A stretch of 33,820 nt of DNA from Octopus bimaculoides (GCF_001194135.2 NC_068986.1:14403043-14436862); one strand, 5' to 3'. Shown: positions 10,934 through 23,799, counted from the first letter of the stretch. Translations and numbers: made by a program. The notes: generated by a model from the sequence alone, not told the origin.

Positions 10934-11090
10934 GGCCCTTGGCCTAGTGGTTAGACCCTAACATTTAGGGTGTTGCACTCATGAGGGCAAGGTCATGAGT
11001 TCGATTACCAGAGTAGGTAGCGCGTTATATTCTTGAGTAAAACATTTCATTTCACATTACTCCAGTCCACTCAGCTGTTAACGGGTAACC
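10934..11090 (+). mobile_element. tRNA-headed SINE family C with CORE-like body
   Basis: A-box TGGCCTAGTGG and B-box GAGTTCGATTACC, then TTCTTGAGTAAAACATTTCATTTCAC...CAGTCCACTCAGCTG resembling CORE-SINE central domains. Confidence 0.7.
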
Positions 11091-11261
11091 CGTACTAGCA
11101 TTTAATTAGGAGGAATATCTGTTTACCTGCCTTGCCAGCGTTTTGGCATCATCTGAAAGCTCAAAGAAACGAAAATAAAACAAACACGCAAAGTGCATTG
11201 TGACTAGCGATGTATGCCATGATCTGATAGTCGGGTAGCTACCGTGATATATATATATATA

Positions 11262-11393
11262 NNNNNNNNNNNNNNNNNNNNNNNNNNNNNNNNNNNNNNN
11301 NNNNNNNNNNNNNNNNNNNNNNNNNNNNNNNNNNNNNNNNNNNNNNNNNNNNNNNNNNNNNNNNNNNNNNNNNNNNNNNNNNNNNNNNNNNNN
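11262..11393. other. Assembly gap (N)
   Basis: Run of N inside (AT)n. Confidence 0.99.
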
Positions 11394-11397
11394 TATA

Positions 11398-11446
<49 letters not shown>

Positions 11447-11984
11447 GTATAATAGTGTTGCTATAACTTTTGACAGCCTGCTAATTTTTTTCAGCATCGC
11501 ATGAAAACATGGCAGAATATGACTTGCTAAGTGTTAATCATATTTTTATCTTGGTTAATCAGTGGGAAAAAAGGAAAATCATATTCAATATTAAATTTGA
11601 ACGTGAAATTTAAATTAAAGGTTCGAAATGTATTTTGTATATCTTCTTTCCATATAAATGATGAGATTTATAATCTATTCGTCTTATTGCATCGTTGGTG
11701 GTACCTAAAGAATGCGTACGTTTAATTATTTTTCTCTTCCGCATCCTAGTCTTAATTGATCTAACGTACATATCAATATGTATATCTCTTTCTTAAAGAA
11801 AATGGCATTTTGGAGAATGTAGCATTCATTTCTTTTACGGATTACGTACTTCTATGTTGTTAGCGAACAGAACATAACACAGTACTATGGAGTGTATACT
11901 ATGAAGTGTGGGTTTGAAGCAGTGTACTTAAATTGAACTGGATATAACGACTATACGTGAGAATCCTGCAGAAATATCCACTTG

Positions 11985-12030
11985 TAAATGGATTTGGTAG
12001 ACAGAAACTGAAAGAATCCCATGGAATATA
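11985..12030 (+). mobile_element. SINE family A fragment
   Basis: TGGATTTGGTAGACAGAAACTGAAAGAATCCC matches 538-570. Confidence 0.75.
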
Positions 12031-12136
12031 TATATGTATATATATGTGTGTGTGTGTATGATGTGTGTATATGCATATACATATGTATATACATACATAT
12101 ATATTTATGTATATACATATAAGCATACATATATAT

Positions 12137-13036
12137 NNNNNNNNNNNNNNNNNNNNNNNNNNNNNNNNNNNNNNNNNNNNNNNNNNNNNNNNNNNNNNNN
12201 NNNNNNNNNNNNNNNNNNNNNNNNNNNNNNNNNNNNNNNNNNNNNNNNNNNNNNNNNNNNNNNNNNNNNNNNNNNNNNNNNNNNNNNNNNNNNNNNNNNN
12301 NNNNNNNNNNNNNNNNNNNNNNNNNNNNNNNNNNNNNNNNNNNNNNNNNNNNNNNNNNNNNNNNNNNNNNNNNNNNNNNNNNNNNNNNNNNNNNNNNNNN
12401 NNNNNNNNNNNNNNNNNNNNNNNNNNNNNNNNNNNNNNNNNNNNNNNNNNNNNNNNNNNNNNNNNNNNNNNNNNNNNNNNNNNNNNNNNNNNNNNNNNNN
12501 NNNNNNNNNNNNNNNNNNNNNNNNNNNNNNNNNNNNNNNNNNNNNNNNNNNNNNNNNNNNNNNNNNNNNNNNNNNNNNNNNNNNNNNNNNNNNNNNNNNN
12601 NNNNNNNNNNNNNNNNNNNNNNNNNNNNNNNNNNNNNNNNNNNNNNNNNNNNNNNNNNNNNNNNNNNNNNNNNNNNNNNNNNNNNNNNNNNNNNNNNNNN
12701 NNNNNNNNNNNNNNNNNNNNNNNNNNNNNNNNNNNNNNNNNNNNNNNNNNNNNNNNNNNNNNNNNNNNNNNNNNNNNNNNNNNNNNNNNNNNNNNNNNNN
12801 NNNNNNNNNNNNNNNNNNNNNNNNNNNNNNNNNNNNNNNNNNNNNNNNNNNNNNNNNNNNNNNNNNNNNNNNNNNNNNNNNNNNNNNNNNNNNNNNNNNN
12901 NNNNNNNNNNNNNNNNNNNNNNNNNNNNNNNNNNNNNNNNNNNNNNNNNNNNNNNNNNNNNNNNNNNNNNNNNNNNNNNNNNNNNNNNNNNNNNNNNNNN
13001 NNNNNNNNNNNNNNNNNNNNNNNNNNNNNNNNNNNN
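12137..13036. other. Assembly gap (N)
   Basis: Run of N. Confidence 0.99.
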
Positions 13037-13065
13037 ATATATTTCACGCAGCTGGCGGATATGAG

Positions 13066-13261
13066 TTGTACCTGTAATTCAAAGGGCCAGTTTCGGGAGA
13101 TTCTAAATCACGCTGAATCTCTCTTTAAAGACTCTGTGTGTGGGTACGGCTGACTGTGGGGGGGTGGGGGAGAGCCCAATCGGCTGCACGTCAATTTCAG
13201 GAGCCAGCTGTTCCGTTGATAAGTTCAACTGGAAAATACGTCAGCGTAACCGACGTAGTGC
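13066..13261 (+). mobile_element. SINE family D, diverged 3' half
   Basis: CCTGTAATTCAAAGGG...CACGCTGAAT...GCTGTTCCGTTGAT..TCAACTGGAA matches the reverse complement of 16985-17170. Confidence 0.75.
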
Positions 13262-13384
13262 GAGTGCTTACTAATTTTCAATGTATTCATAAATGCGAGA
13301 TTTTTTGTGTTCATATCCGTGCCTTTTATATGATCATTGTTTATTCACTCTTATTAGTTTTATATATCTCTTAAAATATCAGTA

Positions 13385-13432
<48 letters not shown>

Positions 13433-13952
13433 TGACTAGTATGTTTGATTATCGCCCACGTTATTCGTATATATCAAATAGTATTCCATACTAAAGAGGA
13501 ATCAATATTAATGTCATTTTAATCTGAAAATATGTTAAACACCAATAATATCATATATGAACGTCCCATATGAAATAATCAACATATTTCTTGTTACATC
13601 AAAGTAATGTTAGTTTTCTTATCATCAAGAATATATAATTAATTCTAAAATGGCGTTTATAAATTCTCTGCAATATATAATGTTGCTTTAGTCTGTTAAA
13701 ATAATACACATCTAAACGAAATTAACGGCGCACTTCATAACTGTAGTGGAATAACAATTTTCCTATCTAAGACAGTTCTTCTTTCATCTCGCTGCTGGTA
13801 TTTTTTTCACTGAAAATTTTGTTCGTCGTTTTTAGAAAGACCCCTAAATGTTTTGACTTTCGATCTTACAGCCCAAGGATAAATGATTGTCAAACCAGAA
13901 CTGTGACAGTATTAAATGGCCAGTAATAAGCCCTTTAATTTTTATCTCTACA

Positions 13953-13995
13953 CAGTGGCGTAGCTAATGGGGGAGTAAGGAGTGCGACCGCTACC
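13953..13995 (+). mobile_element. Possible hAT-like left terminus (CAGTGGCGTAGCTA...GGGGG...GTGCGACCGC)
   Basis: Resembles common hAT-type termini. No convincing right end or 8-bp TSD found. Confidence 0.3.
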
Positions 13996-14712
13996 CGCCG
14001 AGTATATCTTTCAAAATTGGTGCCTTTTCAACATTTTTAACCTGTATCAGTGACTGTAATTTACATAGATACATCACTGAGTCATGACGTTAACCAATGT
14101 AGAATACAATTACGTATATTATAACTAAAGAAATATTTCTCATACTATAACAGAAATTAGTTAAATTTTTTCTGGTATGCGTCACGGCAGCACTTTGTCT
14201 CTAATACTTGTTATTTACTTGGAGTAACTCATGAAATTTGCAATTTCTATTTCTTATAACTATTACACAGAGTTAATTAGACTTTGTCATCTAAGCTAAA
14301 TGTTCCTAAGCTTTTCTCTGTTCTTTCTACTATTTTATTTCTATGCTAGAATACTGAATTCTTTTAATATTTTCATATTGATCAGTGGAGTTCGCTGTCG
14401 ACTCAATCATGAATAAAATTTAGTCTCACGTGATAGTGCTGGATAGCATGATATGCTTTCACCAACGATTTATTTTCAAATTAAATGCTAGTATTCATTT
14501 CACCATTTTGACTTTGTAGTTGTTTATGGCTACGCATTTCGATGAAACTTGTAGATTCATACATTCCCTTTTTGTATCTACCTTTGATATTTCGTGTCAT
14601 TGTTTACCGATTCTGATCCCTCTTTGTTGTTTACACCTCGTCTATATATTTTACTTAGGTGTAGTTAATATTCATCTTTGCACTCTATCATTTTCTCTTA
14701 CATATTAGTCTC

Positions 14713-14926
14713 AGATTTTGGCATAAGGACAACACATTTCGGGTGTAAGGGGTAAGTCGATTACATTCACTCCAGTGCTCAGTTAATACTGAATTTATCG
14801 ATCATGAATGGACGAAACCAAAGTCGAACTCGGAAGAATTTGAACTGAGAGTGTAACGACAGACGAAATGCCACTAGGCATTGTGCTGTTTTGCTCGGCG
14901 TGCTCACGCTTCTGTCAGCTCGCCCC
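14713..14926 (-). mobile_element. SINE family B, full-length diverged copy
   Basis: The reverse complement is colinear with 5229-5443. Confidence 0.8.
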
Positions 14927-15075
14927 CTTATTTCATCATATATATTAATATATACTGAATATTTTTTATCACATGCATTTCACAGCTGCCTATTTCTTCT
15001 TTTTTTTTTTAAATTATTCTCTTAATCGACTTTCTATTTTTTTGCAGGAGTTTTTCTCTTGAACTCAGTACTCAC

Positions 15076-15162
15076 CCTTCTATAGATTTAGATTCATAAA
15101 TTTGGTACTCTGTCAGATGTTTCTTGAATTTTCTCAATCTTTGCAATTCACTTAACGTCCAC
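15076..15162 (-). CDS. Candidate internal exon, 87 nt, phase 2-2 (WTLSELQRLRKFKKHLTEYQIYESKSIE)
   Basis: Acceptor cttctttagtatcag|G, consensus donor GG|GTGAGT, open frame, length divisible by 3. No homology recognised. Confidence 0.45.
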
Positions 15163-15965
15163 CTGATACTAAAGAAGTAGTTTGTCAGAAGAATGTTTTA
15201 CAAAATTTCAAATATCTCATTTCTGGCGTTGAGTTACTTATTTAGTATTTCTTTAATACTTTTTAGACTAACCATTTATAATTTTATCCTATATTTCTGT
15301 TTGTATCTTAAGTGTTACTGTTATCCATATGCATTTGTTTGGTTGATTCTGAAACAATTTTCCAATTTTGTCGTCTCTGCCTAATGTAATGAACTCAATT
15401 ACTTCTCATCTTTTGCGACAAATCTGACTAAATTCAAGGCTTGGCTGAATTTGTGCAAATTTTTTAGCATTCCATATGGATACTTTATTCAGTAAATCTA
15501 TTTTAGATTATCCCTCTAAAGAGATGTTCTCTAGATCATCTGCAGCAACTGTGCATAATTTCATCTGAAGAGCTTTAATCATGTTAAAACTAACAACAAT
15601 ATCAAGTTGCCCTGGAGGTTTTGCGTCTAATAGGTTCCAATTGTCTTCTGTAATAATATTTATCCATGTCTATCACACATGTCTCGTTCCAAAACATAAA
15701 AAAAGAAAGTAAGTAAAGGCAAAACCCGTCAAACGAAACGGATGAATGAATAATAGAAGAAACTGGAACAATAAATAAGTTTCAGTTCGAGAACATCGTG
15801 TATGAAGGATAGGGCGCACTTTCGTAGTCCAAACGAGATCGTTAACCAATCCATGAACGATTGCCGATCCCTGGTATTCCACATCACCGCGTAAGGATAT
15901 TCATAATTAGCACACCATGCTATCACGAATCAGTAATAAAGGAAGATAGATGTCTTTAATAATAC

Positions 15966-16328
15966 TTTACTTGTTTTAGCCATTAGACAGCAGCCATGCT
16001 GGGGCACCGCCTTGAAAAAATTTAGTTGACCCCAGTACATATTTTTGAAGCCTATTGCTTATGCTGTCAAGATCGGTTCTCAAGCGGTGATGGTGATGGG
16101 TGGAATACAAACTGAAAAACACACACACATAGATACAAGAATACATATACGGTGGGCCTCTTTCAATTTCCGTCTACCAAAATCACTCATAAGGCATTGG
16201 TCGACCCGGGCCTAAAGTGGGAAAATTTGCCCAAGGTACTGCACAGCGGGTCTGGAACCGAAACCATGTGTTTGGTACGCAAACTCACTACACAGCCACG
16301 TTCGCGCATATAAACCACTCCTGTGCCT
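15966..16328 (-). mobile_element. SINE family A, near full-length copy with internal (CA)-rich tract and 3' extension
   Basis: 16150-16300 is the reverse complement of 423-575; the extension matches the plus-strand fragment at 19786-19852. Confidence 0.8.
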
Positions 16329-16844
16329 ATAAGACACATCAGGACGTATCATATTTTCTATTTCGACAAACACTGTATGATATATTTCCTAAGGATTGGG
16401 GCTGGGGCTGCTTTATTCAAGTAGAAAGACTCCACTATCCAGAAGCGTGTAACCCGCTACCCAATACATTTCGGTACTTAACAAATAATTGTCGATGATT
16501 CTCCAGCATTCATATCTCTTGCGATCTCAATATTCACTCGGTAGATACTGTTTCATATGATATATTCATTTCCATGACTGTTCGTCCGCCTGCTAGAGAG
16601 CCAAAACCTGTTGAATATCGCCAATGGCATTATTCAACAGCATTTGCTCCTTATAGCCATATATTTATCTTAAGTACCGTTTATTCTGAATGAGTAACCA
16701 ATTTTCTTGTAAGGTGTTTTGTATAGGGCTAGCAAGCTTGTTGTATAACTGAAATTTTACAGATCTCTGTCATTTTTGTGTTCTGATATATATGACGTTT
16801 CCTTCTATAGCAGACGGCCACAAGTGGTGAGTTGACAGACATGT

Positions 16845-16901
16845 ACACACACTGACTGACACACACGCACACACACATACACATACGCACACACACACAC
16901 A

Positions 16902-16943
<42 letters not shown>

Positions 16944-16984
16944 CATGTAGAAGCACACACAAACACATACACACACATATACAT
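16845..16984 (+). repeat. (CA)n/(AT)n microsatellite
   Basis: Directly visible. Confidence 0.95.
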
Positions 16985-17347
16985 GTTGGCACTCCGTCGC
17001 TTACGACGTCGAGGGTTCCAGTTGATCCGATCAACGGAACAGCGTGCTCGTGAAATTAACGTGCAAGTGGCTGAGCACTCCACAGACACGTGTACCCTTA
17101 ACGTAGTTCTCGGGGAGATTCAGCGTGACACAGTGTGACAAGGCTGACCCTTTGAATTACAGGCACAGGAACAGGATATAAGAGTGAGAAAAAGTTGTGG
17201 TGAAAGAGTACAGCAGGGTTCGTCAACATCCCCTGCCGGAGCCTCGTGGAGCTTTAGGTGTTTTCGCTCAATAAACACTCACAATCGAAACCGCGATCCT
17301 ATGACCGCGAGTCCACTGTCCTAACCACTGGGCCATTGCGCCTCCAC
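16985..17347 (-). mobile_element. tRNA-headed SINE family D, young-looking near full-length copy
   Basis: The reverse complement begins GTGGAGGCGCAATGGCCCAGTGGTTAGGACAGTGGACTCGCGG...GGTTTCGATT (A and B boxes). It is GC-rich relative to the flanks, and a second partial copy lies at 13066. Confidence 0.85.
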
Positions 17348-18002
17348 ATATACATATATATATATATACATCAAAATAAGCAACAAGGACATCCAGAGGT
17401 AATACAGTACGTTAGTTTCATGGAACTCCATTTAATTGAACAATATAGAAGCAATATTTCTTTGTCTATCTCCTTAACTTCTTGGAGATTTTACGTATAA
17501 TTATAATAATGTGTCCATCTGTTATAATTTAATTAAATTCTATGTCTGCGTGCAGTCGAGGATTGCTCTGCATTTTAAATTGATGTAATGATTGCATTGT
17601 TCAATTAAATGGAGTTGCATGATACGATCGTACTGCATTATATCTGGATATCCTTGTTGCTTATGTTGATTTTAATCATCTTATTTTGAAATTGTACGGA
17701 TAATACCGTACTAAATGTTGGTGCCTCAACTTAAGTACCATATTCATCTGAATCTATTTTGAAACATGTGTAGGAATTAAAGGAACTTTTATTTATATGC
17801 GTTTTGCTCCATTTGTTTTTATTATTCGTATCTTCTCAAAATATATCACTTTAACTTGGTATCTCTACCTGTAAAACAGCTGTGATATCTTGATTTCTAG
17901 TGTAATTTTGCTACCTCTGGTAACTGTTAACATATTTACATTATCAAAGGTTTTTTTAAAACTGAGATAATATTAATATATACATAAACTAATATATATG
18001 TA

Positions 18003-18263
18003 NNNNNNNNNNNNNNNNNNNNNNNNNNNNNNNNNNNNNNNNNNNNNNNNNNNNNNNNNNNNNNNNNNNNNNNNNNNNNNNNNNNNNNNNNNNNNNNNNN
18101 NNNNNNNNNNNNNNNNNNNNNNNNNNNNNNNNNNNNNNNNNNNNNNNNNNNNNNNNNNNNNNNNNNNNNNNNNNNNNNNNNNNNNNNNNNNNNNNNNNNN
18201 NNNNNNNNNNNNNNNNNNNNNNNNNNNNNNNNNNNNNNNNNNNNNNNNNNNNNNNNNNNNNNN
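18003..18263. other. Assembly gap (N)
   Basis: Run of N. Confidence 0.99.
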
Positions 18264-18381
18264 AATCGCTCGCTGGTTTATCTAAATCGAGCTGTCAACA
18301 TGCATGTTTGCTATATAAATTTATCGCTGATTCAGTGAAATGCTAATGTGTATATTTTACAATTTGATACAAACTGCTTGT

Positions 18382-18536
18382 CGGGATTGCTTCAGATTAC
18401 GTCTACCAAATCTACTCACCAGGCTGTGGTCGGTTGGAGGATACATTAGAAGAAACTTGCTCAAGGTGCCATTCTGTGAGACTGAACTCGGAACCATGTG
18501 GTTGGGAATCAAGCTTGTTACTACACAGCCACATCC
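18382..18536 (-). mobile_element. SINE family A copy
   Basis: GTCTACCAAATCTACTCAC...ACTGAACTCGGAACCATGTGGTTGGG...CACAGCCAC is the reverse complement of the family A head and body. Confidence 0.85.
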
Positions 18537-18589
18537 AATTTTCCTATTCCTCTGAAACTCATGTTTAAATGAGATATACATATAGCTAT

Positions 18590-18856
18590 ATGCGCATATA
18601 TATATATGTGTTTGTGTGTGTGTGTGTGTGTATTTGTGTGCATGGGTGTATGTGTACCTGCTCGTGAGTGTGTGTGTATGCATGTATATATGTACACATG
18701 TCTGTGTATCTGTTTATCAACATCTCTACCAACATACACAAATATGCACGTACACGCACACGCACACGCACACGTACACACACAGAGACGTACACAAACA
18801 CAGACACACCTACACATAGAAACGTACACTCAAAGACACAACTACACACACACAGA
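18590..18856. repeat. Degenerate (GT)n immediately followed by (CA)n
   Basis: Directly visible; inverted orientation of the same dinucleotide. Confidence 0.9.
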
Positions 18857-19265
18857 GAAGTTGAAGACTATTGTGTTGCGTTTCAGCGAATAAAACCGTT
18901 CGAGTCAGCGCCAAGATGGTTGAAGTCCAAGGCATGAAAAGTGAGAAGGAGTAAAAGTATAAAAGGATAGAAGCCTTCTAATTAAATCGTATGAGATACA
19001 TTCTATCCATTCAATAACAGACAAAGCTGTTAAATTAAGTACAAATTCAAATATATTCTGTGAAGCATGAAAACTTATTTTCTAGTGGATCTCTGTCAGG
19101 TGTGCAGTGAAAAATGTTGACACCTCATTAAGGAAATTTATAGTTAAATTGAATTTCACAGGTTCATGTGTGTATTGCAATGATTCTTTCATGAATTTCT
19201 CGCTTCATTTCATATCAAGGCTCTTGCGACACAATTACAATGAAATGATGGCACCGACAACACTG

Positions 19266-19430
19266 GGATGGTTGTGTGATGAATAGACTCACTTGCCAAA
19301 CCACGTGATTTCAGGCGCCGTCTCACAGCCAGACTCCTTGGCCCGCTGTCTTCTACTATAGCATCAGTCTGATGAATACCTTGTTAGCGAATCTGGTTGA
19401 GAGAACCCATGTGGAGTCACGTCGCGTATA
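19266..19430 (+). mobile_element. SINE family A, old diverged copy
   Basis: GGTTGTGTG...CCACGTGATTTCAGG...TGTCTTCTACTATAGC is colinear with 423-575. Confidence 0.65.
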
Positions 19431-19785
19431 CTTTTATTTTCATTCGCACTTGTGTCGCAAATGTCTTTCATCTCAAACGGAAACAAATACATCATTAAAC
19501 ATCTTTCTAAGCTTTCAATAAACACGCGCACACATGATCTTCAATTTAAATGTAAATTTTCTTAATGAAGTGTCAATATTCTTCGCCGCACAGCTCACAT
19601 AGTTTCCCTAGAAGAATATCTTTCCACACCTCACGAAGAAAATTTCTACTTAATTAACAGATCTGTGTGTTATTAAATAGTTAGAATTTATCTCCTCTGA
19701 TTTAAATACGACACTTCTATCCTTTCATACGTTTATTCTTTTATATATGTATGTGAGTGTGTCTCTGCATCTGTATTTCTCCTCC

Positions 19786-19852
19786 CCAACTGTTTGACAA
19801 CCGTTGTTGGTTTGTTTGCCTCAGCGTAATGTGGCGGTCTGGCAGCAGAGAT
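19786..19852 (+). mobile_element. SINE family A 3' extension fragment
   Basis: TTTGACAACCGTTGTTGGTTTGTTTG is similar to the reverse complement of 16070-16100. Confidence 0.45.
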
Positions 19853-19855
19853 ATA

Positions 19856-20190
19856 CAGGGTGCGTAACACAAAAGTGTGTACCAGGCTCTATTTTTCGAC
19901 GTAAACGTTTCGTGTGTTGCTTAAAAATGGCAGTATTTCAATGACTCAATCAATTAAAAGATTCAACACCAAAAACAAGGAAACGTGTCTCAAACCAAAG
20001 AGAGATTAATTAGGGATTATTAATCCAGTTGAAATACTTCTTAAGTTATCTATATATAAAAATTCATGGTTCCATTACCCAGTTCATATTCTGTTTTTAC
20101 TGAGTGATACATAAGATAGACAGAAATAATAGGGTGTATGCACATTTATTATAATCTTACGGTTGTTTCAGATACACGTTTGGGTGCGCT
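19856..20190 (+). mobile_element. Possible decayed Tc1/mariner-derived element
   Basis: Starts TA-CAGGGTGCGTAAC like the element at 20318. Internal LNPVE resembles the DLNPIE motif; the right TIR is poor. Confidence 0.3.
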
Positions 20191-20317
20191 CATGGTTCAT
20201 TCTTATCAATCAATCAATCAATCGATTATTCGACTGAAAAGAGAAACCTTGTGCTGGAAGGAGAAAAAAGTATTCCGTTTCTTAATATTGGCTGTAATAT
20301 TTGTTTAACCTTTTATA

Positions 20318-20506
20318 CAGGGTGTACAAAAGGTAAGTCGCAGTGAATTATTTTTTCATCCTACTCATCACCATGGCGCTACTTCCAGAGTTCTTCGGTG
20401 AACGGATTATTTCGAAGGGACTAGGAGCAAGTAAAGGATCGGTGTACAAGAATCGCCCAGAAACCATTAAATACTTATACTACGGAGAGACTTTTTGAAC
20501 GCCCTG
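20318..20506 (+). mobile_element. Internally deleted Tc1/mariner-superfamily element (MITE-like), TA TSD
   Basis: TA|CAGGGTGTACAAAAGGT ... ACTTTTTGAACGCCCTG|TA imperfect TIRs. Internal remnants translate to FFGERIISKGL and KGSVYKNRPETIKYL, typical of transposase C-terminal segments. Confidence 0.8.
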
Positions 20507-21892
20507 TATCTCACACTAATAATAGAGATGATTAAACTTAAAATAATTTCAAAATAAGTTTTCAAAATATTTTATTACGTCATAGACATATTGGATACTT
20601 GTATTTGTTGAGCGTTATTTTGCGGCAAATTTATAGATGGCGTTTGAGATTTTTAGTGGGAATCAAAATAAGTGGTGCACCATATTTACAATTCCATCAT
20701 GGATGTATGCTACTTGAGTGTTAAAATGTTTGCCTACACATTTATTACCGAATCGCATACCTAACTATATTCAATAGATTTATTCAAGTATTGATTTTTG
20801 TGTATTTGTATAATCGGAAGCTTGTAAGTGATCAGCTTAAAATTCTTTGAGATTAATGCCTTTTTCATATCAGTAATGGCCAAGGTAAGGTAGAATTGTT
20901 TCAGTAAAACAGAATTGAAAATAAAGTTACGAGCTTCAATGTCTATTCGATGACGTTTTCTAACCAAGTATTTCAAGTTTATATGAAACAAAACGTTATA
21001 TTAAGTTTGCTATTATCAAACAGTCAATAACGATGACATTAAACGGCGGTATTTAAATTGAGTCTATATCTTCAGCAATTTTGGAACTATAAAGTAAAAA
21101 TCAGTAAATCGTAAAAGCGAACCTTTCCTTGAACCGTCCATAATGCCGCTTTGTCGATATTCAAGATCAATTTACATATTGAAGAAAAGACGAATACTCG
21201 AATATGAACATCTCTGTGAATAAATATGTCGTAACCTTTAACTGCGTGAACATGGCGAAACATAAATAAGACAGTATTCAAAATATTTCAATATGAATAA
21301 GTAGCGTATTAAATGAATCATGCTTTTAATATCGCGAATAGATGTTTCTTATCTCAAGAGTGACATAGTTTCTAAGAGTGAATAACAATGTTGAATCAAC
21401 AATAGATTGCCATTTTACAATATTTAGTGCGGTCCCCTCAATGCTTCAATACGCTTTTCAGATTATTAATTTGATAAAATAAGTGTCAAACATTTCTCAA
21501 CGTGAGGAATCAATAACATAGTATCAGTCAAGGATATGCTGTTTATATATTGTCAATATTGTTTGTACATCAATGAATTGATCCACTGATCCACTAGCTG
21601 CATCCGCATTGAAATAACTACTGTTTCTTTAATGAACTTTTTTTCCAGAATCTTGCTATTGACTTTCAGATGAAAGCTGTTTTGCATCAAAAATATTTGA
21701 AATATTTGCAATCATATAATTACTTAACATATATAACAATAAATGACATAATATATGACTACGAAACTACCAATTATATAACGTTGTATAATTGTAAATA
21801 ATATATTATATAATATTACACACTTTCTAATATTTATAATTTTATCATTTATAAATACAGTATGTTATTTATAAAAAATATCACCGATTCAA

Positions 21893-21975
21893 TAAGAACC
21901 AGTTACGCATTGCGCTGGATGTAATCGACTTATTCCCGCCCCAAGCTGCCCCGCTGGAAAAAAGTTGAAATCACT
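21893..21975 (+). mobile_element. SINE family B 3' fragment
   Basis: ACCAGTT...GATGTAATCGACTTA..CCCC matches 5365-5440. Confidence 0.65.
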
Positions 21976-22555
21976 AATTTATTTATAACTGAGTAACTTG
22001 GAATGATGTGAAGTGAAGCTGTTTCGAGCCAGAACACAAAGCACTCCTCTGTCCTATCGGGTGCGGCACTCTAAGCACAGGAGCGCGCGCCTTCTTGATC
22101 AAATAATTAGTAACTTTTATTTATTTCGAATGATAATCAGAAACAAGAGACTAACACGTTAGCCGACATTTATTGCTGTTTTCACGTCACTACACACCAA
22201 AATTTGCCAAAACGTTCAGTTAATTTTTTCTTAAATTATTTACGTCAAGCCGTTCAGTAATCGCCATATTTGTGTGAGGATTTAGGATACAAATATTAAT
22301 ATATAGATGTTTCAATCCATTTCTTTAAATGGAAACAATTTCTGTATGAGCAAATTGAAATATTTTACGACATATTCTAATACCACAAGGATTCAAAAAA
22401 AAAATGCTTCTTTGATTCGCTGCTATTCTAATAATTTCCAGAGCTATTAAACTTAGGTGGTGCTTCAAATAACAGTTAAAAATTCCTATTAAAACATATA
22501 TGTTGGCATGTCAAATTCGTTTCCGAATATATATCATTATACAAATACAAATGTA

Positions 22556-23285
22556 NNNNNNNNNNNNNNNNNNNNNNNNNNNNNNNNNNNNNNNNNNNNN
22601 NNNNNNNNNNNNNNNNNNNNNNNNNNNNNNNNNNNNNNNNNNNNNNNNNNNNNNNNNNNNNNNNNNNNNNNNNNNNNNNNNNNNNNNNNNNNNNNNNNNN
22701 NNNNNNNNNNNNNNNNNNNNNNNNNNNNNNNNNNNNNNNNNNNNNNNNNNNNNNNNNNNNNNNNNNNNNNNNNNNNNNNNNNNNNNNNNNNNNNNNNNNN
22801 NNNNNNNNNNNNNNNNNNNNNNNNNNNNNNNNNNNNNNNNNNNNNNNNNNNNNNNNNNNNNNNNNNNNNNNNNNNNNNNNNNNNNNNNNNNNNNNNNNNN
22901 NNNNNNNNNNNNNNNNNNNNNNNNNNNNNNNNNNNNNNNNNNNNNNNNNNNNNNNNNNNNNNNNNNNNNNNNNNNNNNNNNNNNNNNNNNNNNNNNNNNN
23001 NNNNNNNNNNNNNNNNNNNNNNNNNNNNNNNNNNNNNNNNNNNNNNNNNNNNNNNNNNNNNNNNNNNNNNNNNNNNNNNNNNNNNNNNNNNNNNNNNNNN
23101 NNNNNNNNNNNNNNNNNNNNNNNNNNNNNNNNNNNNNNNNNNNNNNNNNNNNNNNNNNNNNNNNNNNNNNNNNNNNNNNNNNNNNNNNNNNNNNNNNNNN
23201 NNNNNNNNNNNNNNNNNNNNNNNNNNNNNNNNNNNNNNNNNNNNNNNNNNNNNNNNNNNNNNNNNNNNNNNNNNNNNNNNNNNNN
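22556..23285. other. Assembly gap (N)
   Basis: Run of N. Confidence 0.99.
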
Positions 23286-23799
23286 TATATACGCATGTAT
23301 ATATGTATATTTAGATACATACGTAAATGCATACATACATAGAGGCATACAGACGTACACACATACTGGCTGACACGCACACATTCATGCACGCACGCAC
23401 GCACACACACATATATGGATGTAGATATGTGTTCTGTGTGGGCTACATTGTATACATAGATAATAAAATTAATAATAACAACAACAGTAATGTTCATAAC
23501 GAAAATTATATTTACGTATATTTGACCGAATATTTTTCAATCTCTCTCTAACTTTACCCAACATATTTGAACATGAACACGTTAAGCATTCAAAAACGCA
23601 ATTGCCCAAACATCGTAGTAGGCGTTCATAAGATTTTGAATGTGTCCTTGTGTGGATGTATAATATTTCGATTGCTTATGCCTAAGCGGATGTGTTGAAT
23701 ATAATCTAAAAATAATATCACAGATGATGCTTCAGTCACATTTCCATGAAAATCTGCCCAGAGAATATTCCAAATCATTTCAGTATAAGAAATAATTCT

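Noticed and set aside
10955-10971. Interstitial telomere repeat
   Set aside because: Only one unit on each strand, within a SINE head.
15040-15110. Strong plus-strand acceptor tttttttgcag at about 15049
   Set aside because: All three frames stop before any credible donor; the minus-strand exon explains the region better.
16500-16690. Plus-strand 64-codon frame containing SYDIFIS (TIR-like) and EYRQWHY
   Set aside because: Resemblance is limited to a few residues and there is no good donor before the stop.
19369-19400. CTGATGA hammerhead candidate (also CTGACGA on the minus strand near 27183 and 29902-29908, and CTGAAGA near 26503)
   Set aside because: No helix II followed by GAAA with compatible helices I and III; the motif at 19369 lies inside a family A SINE.
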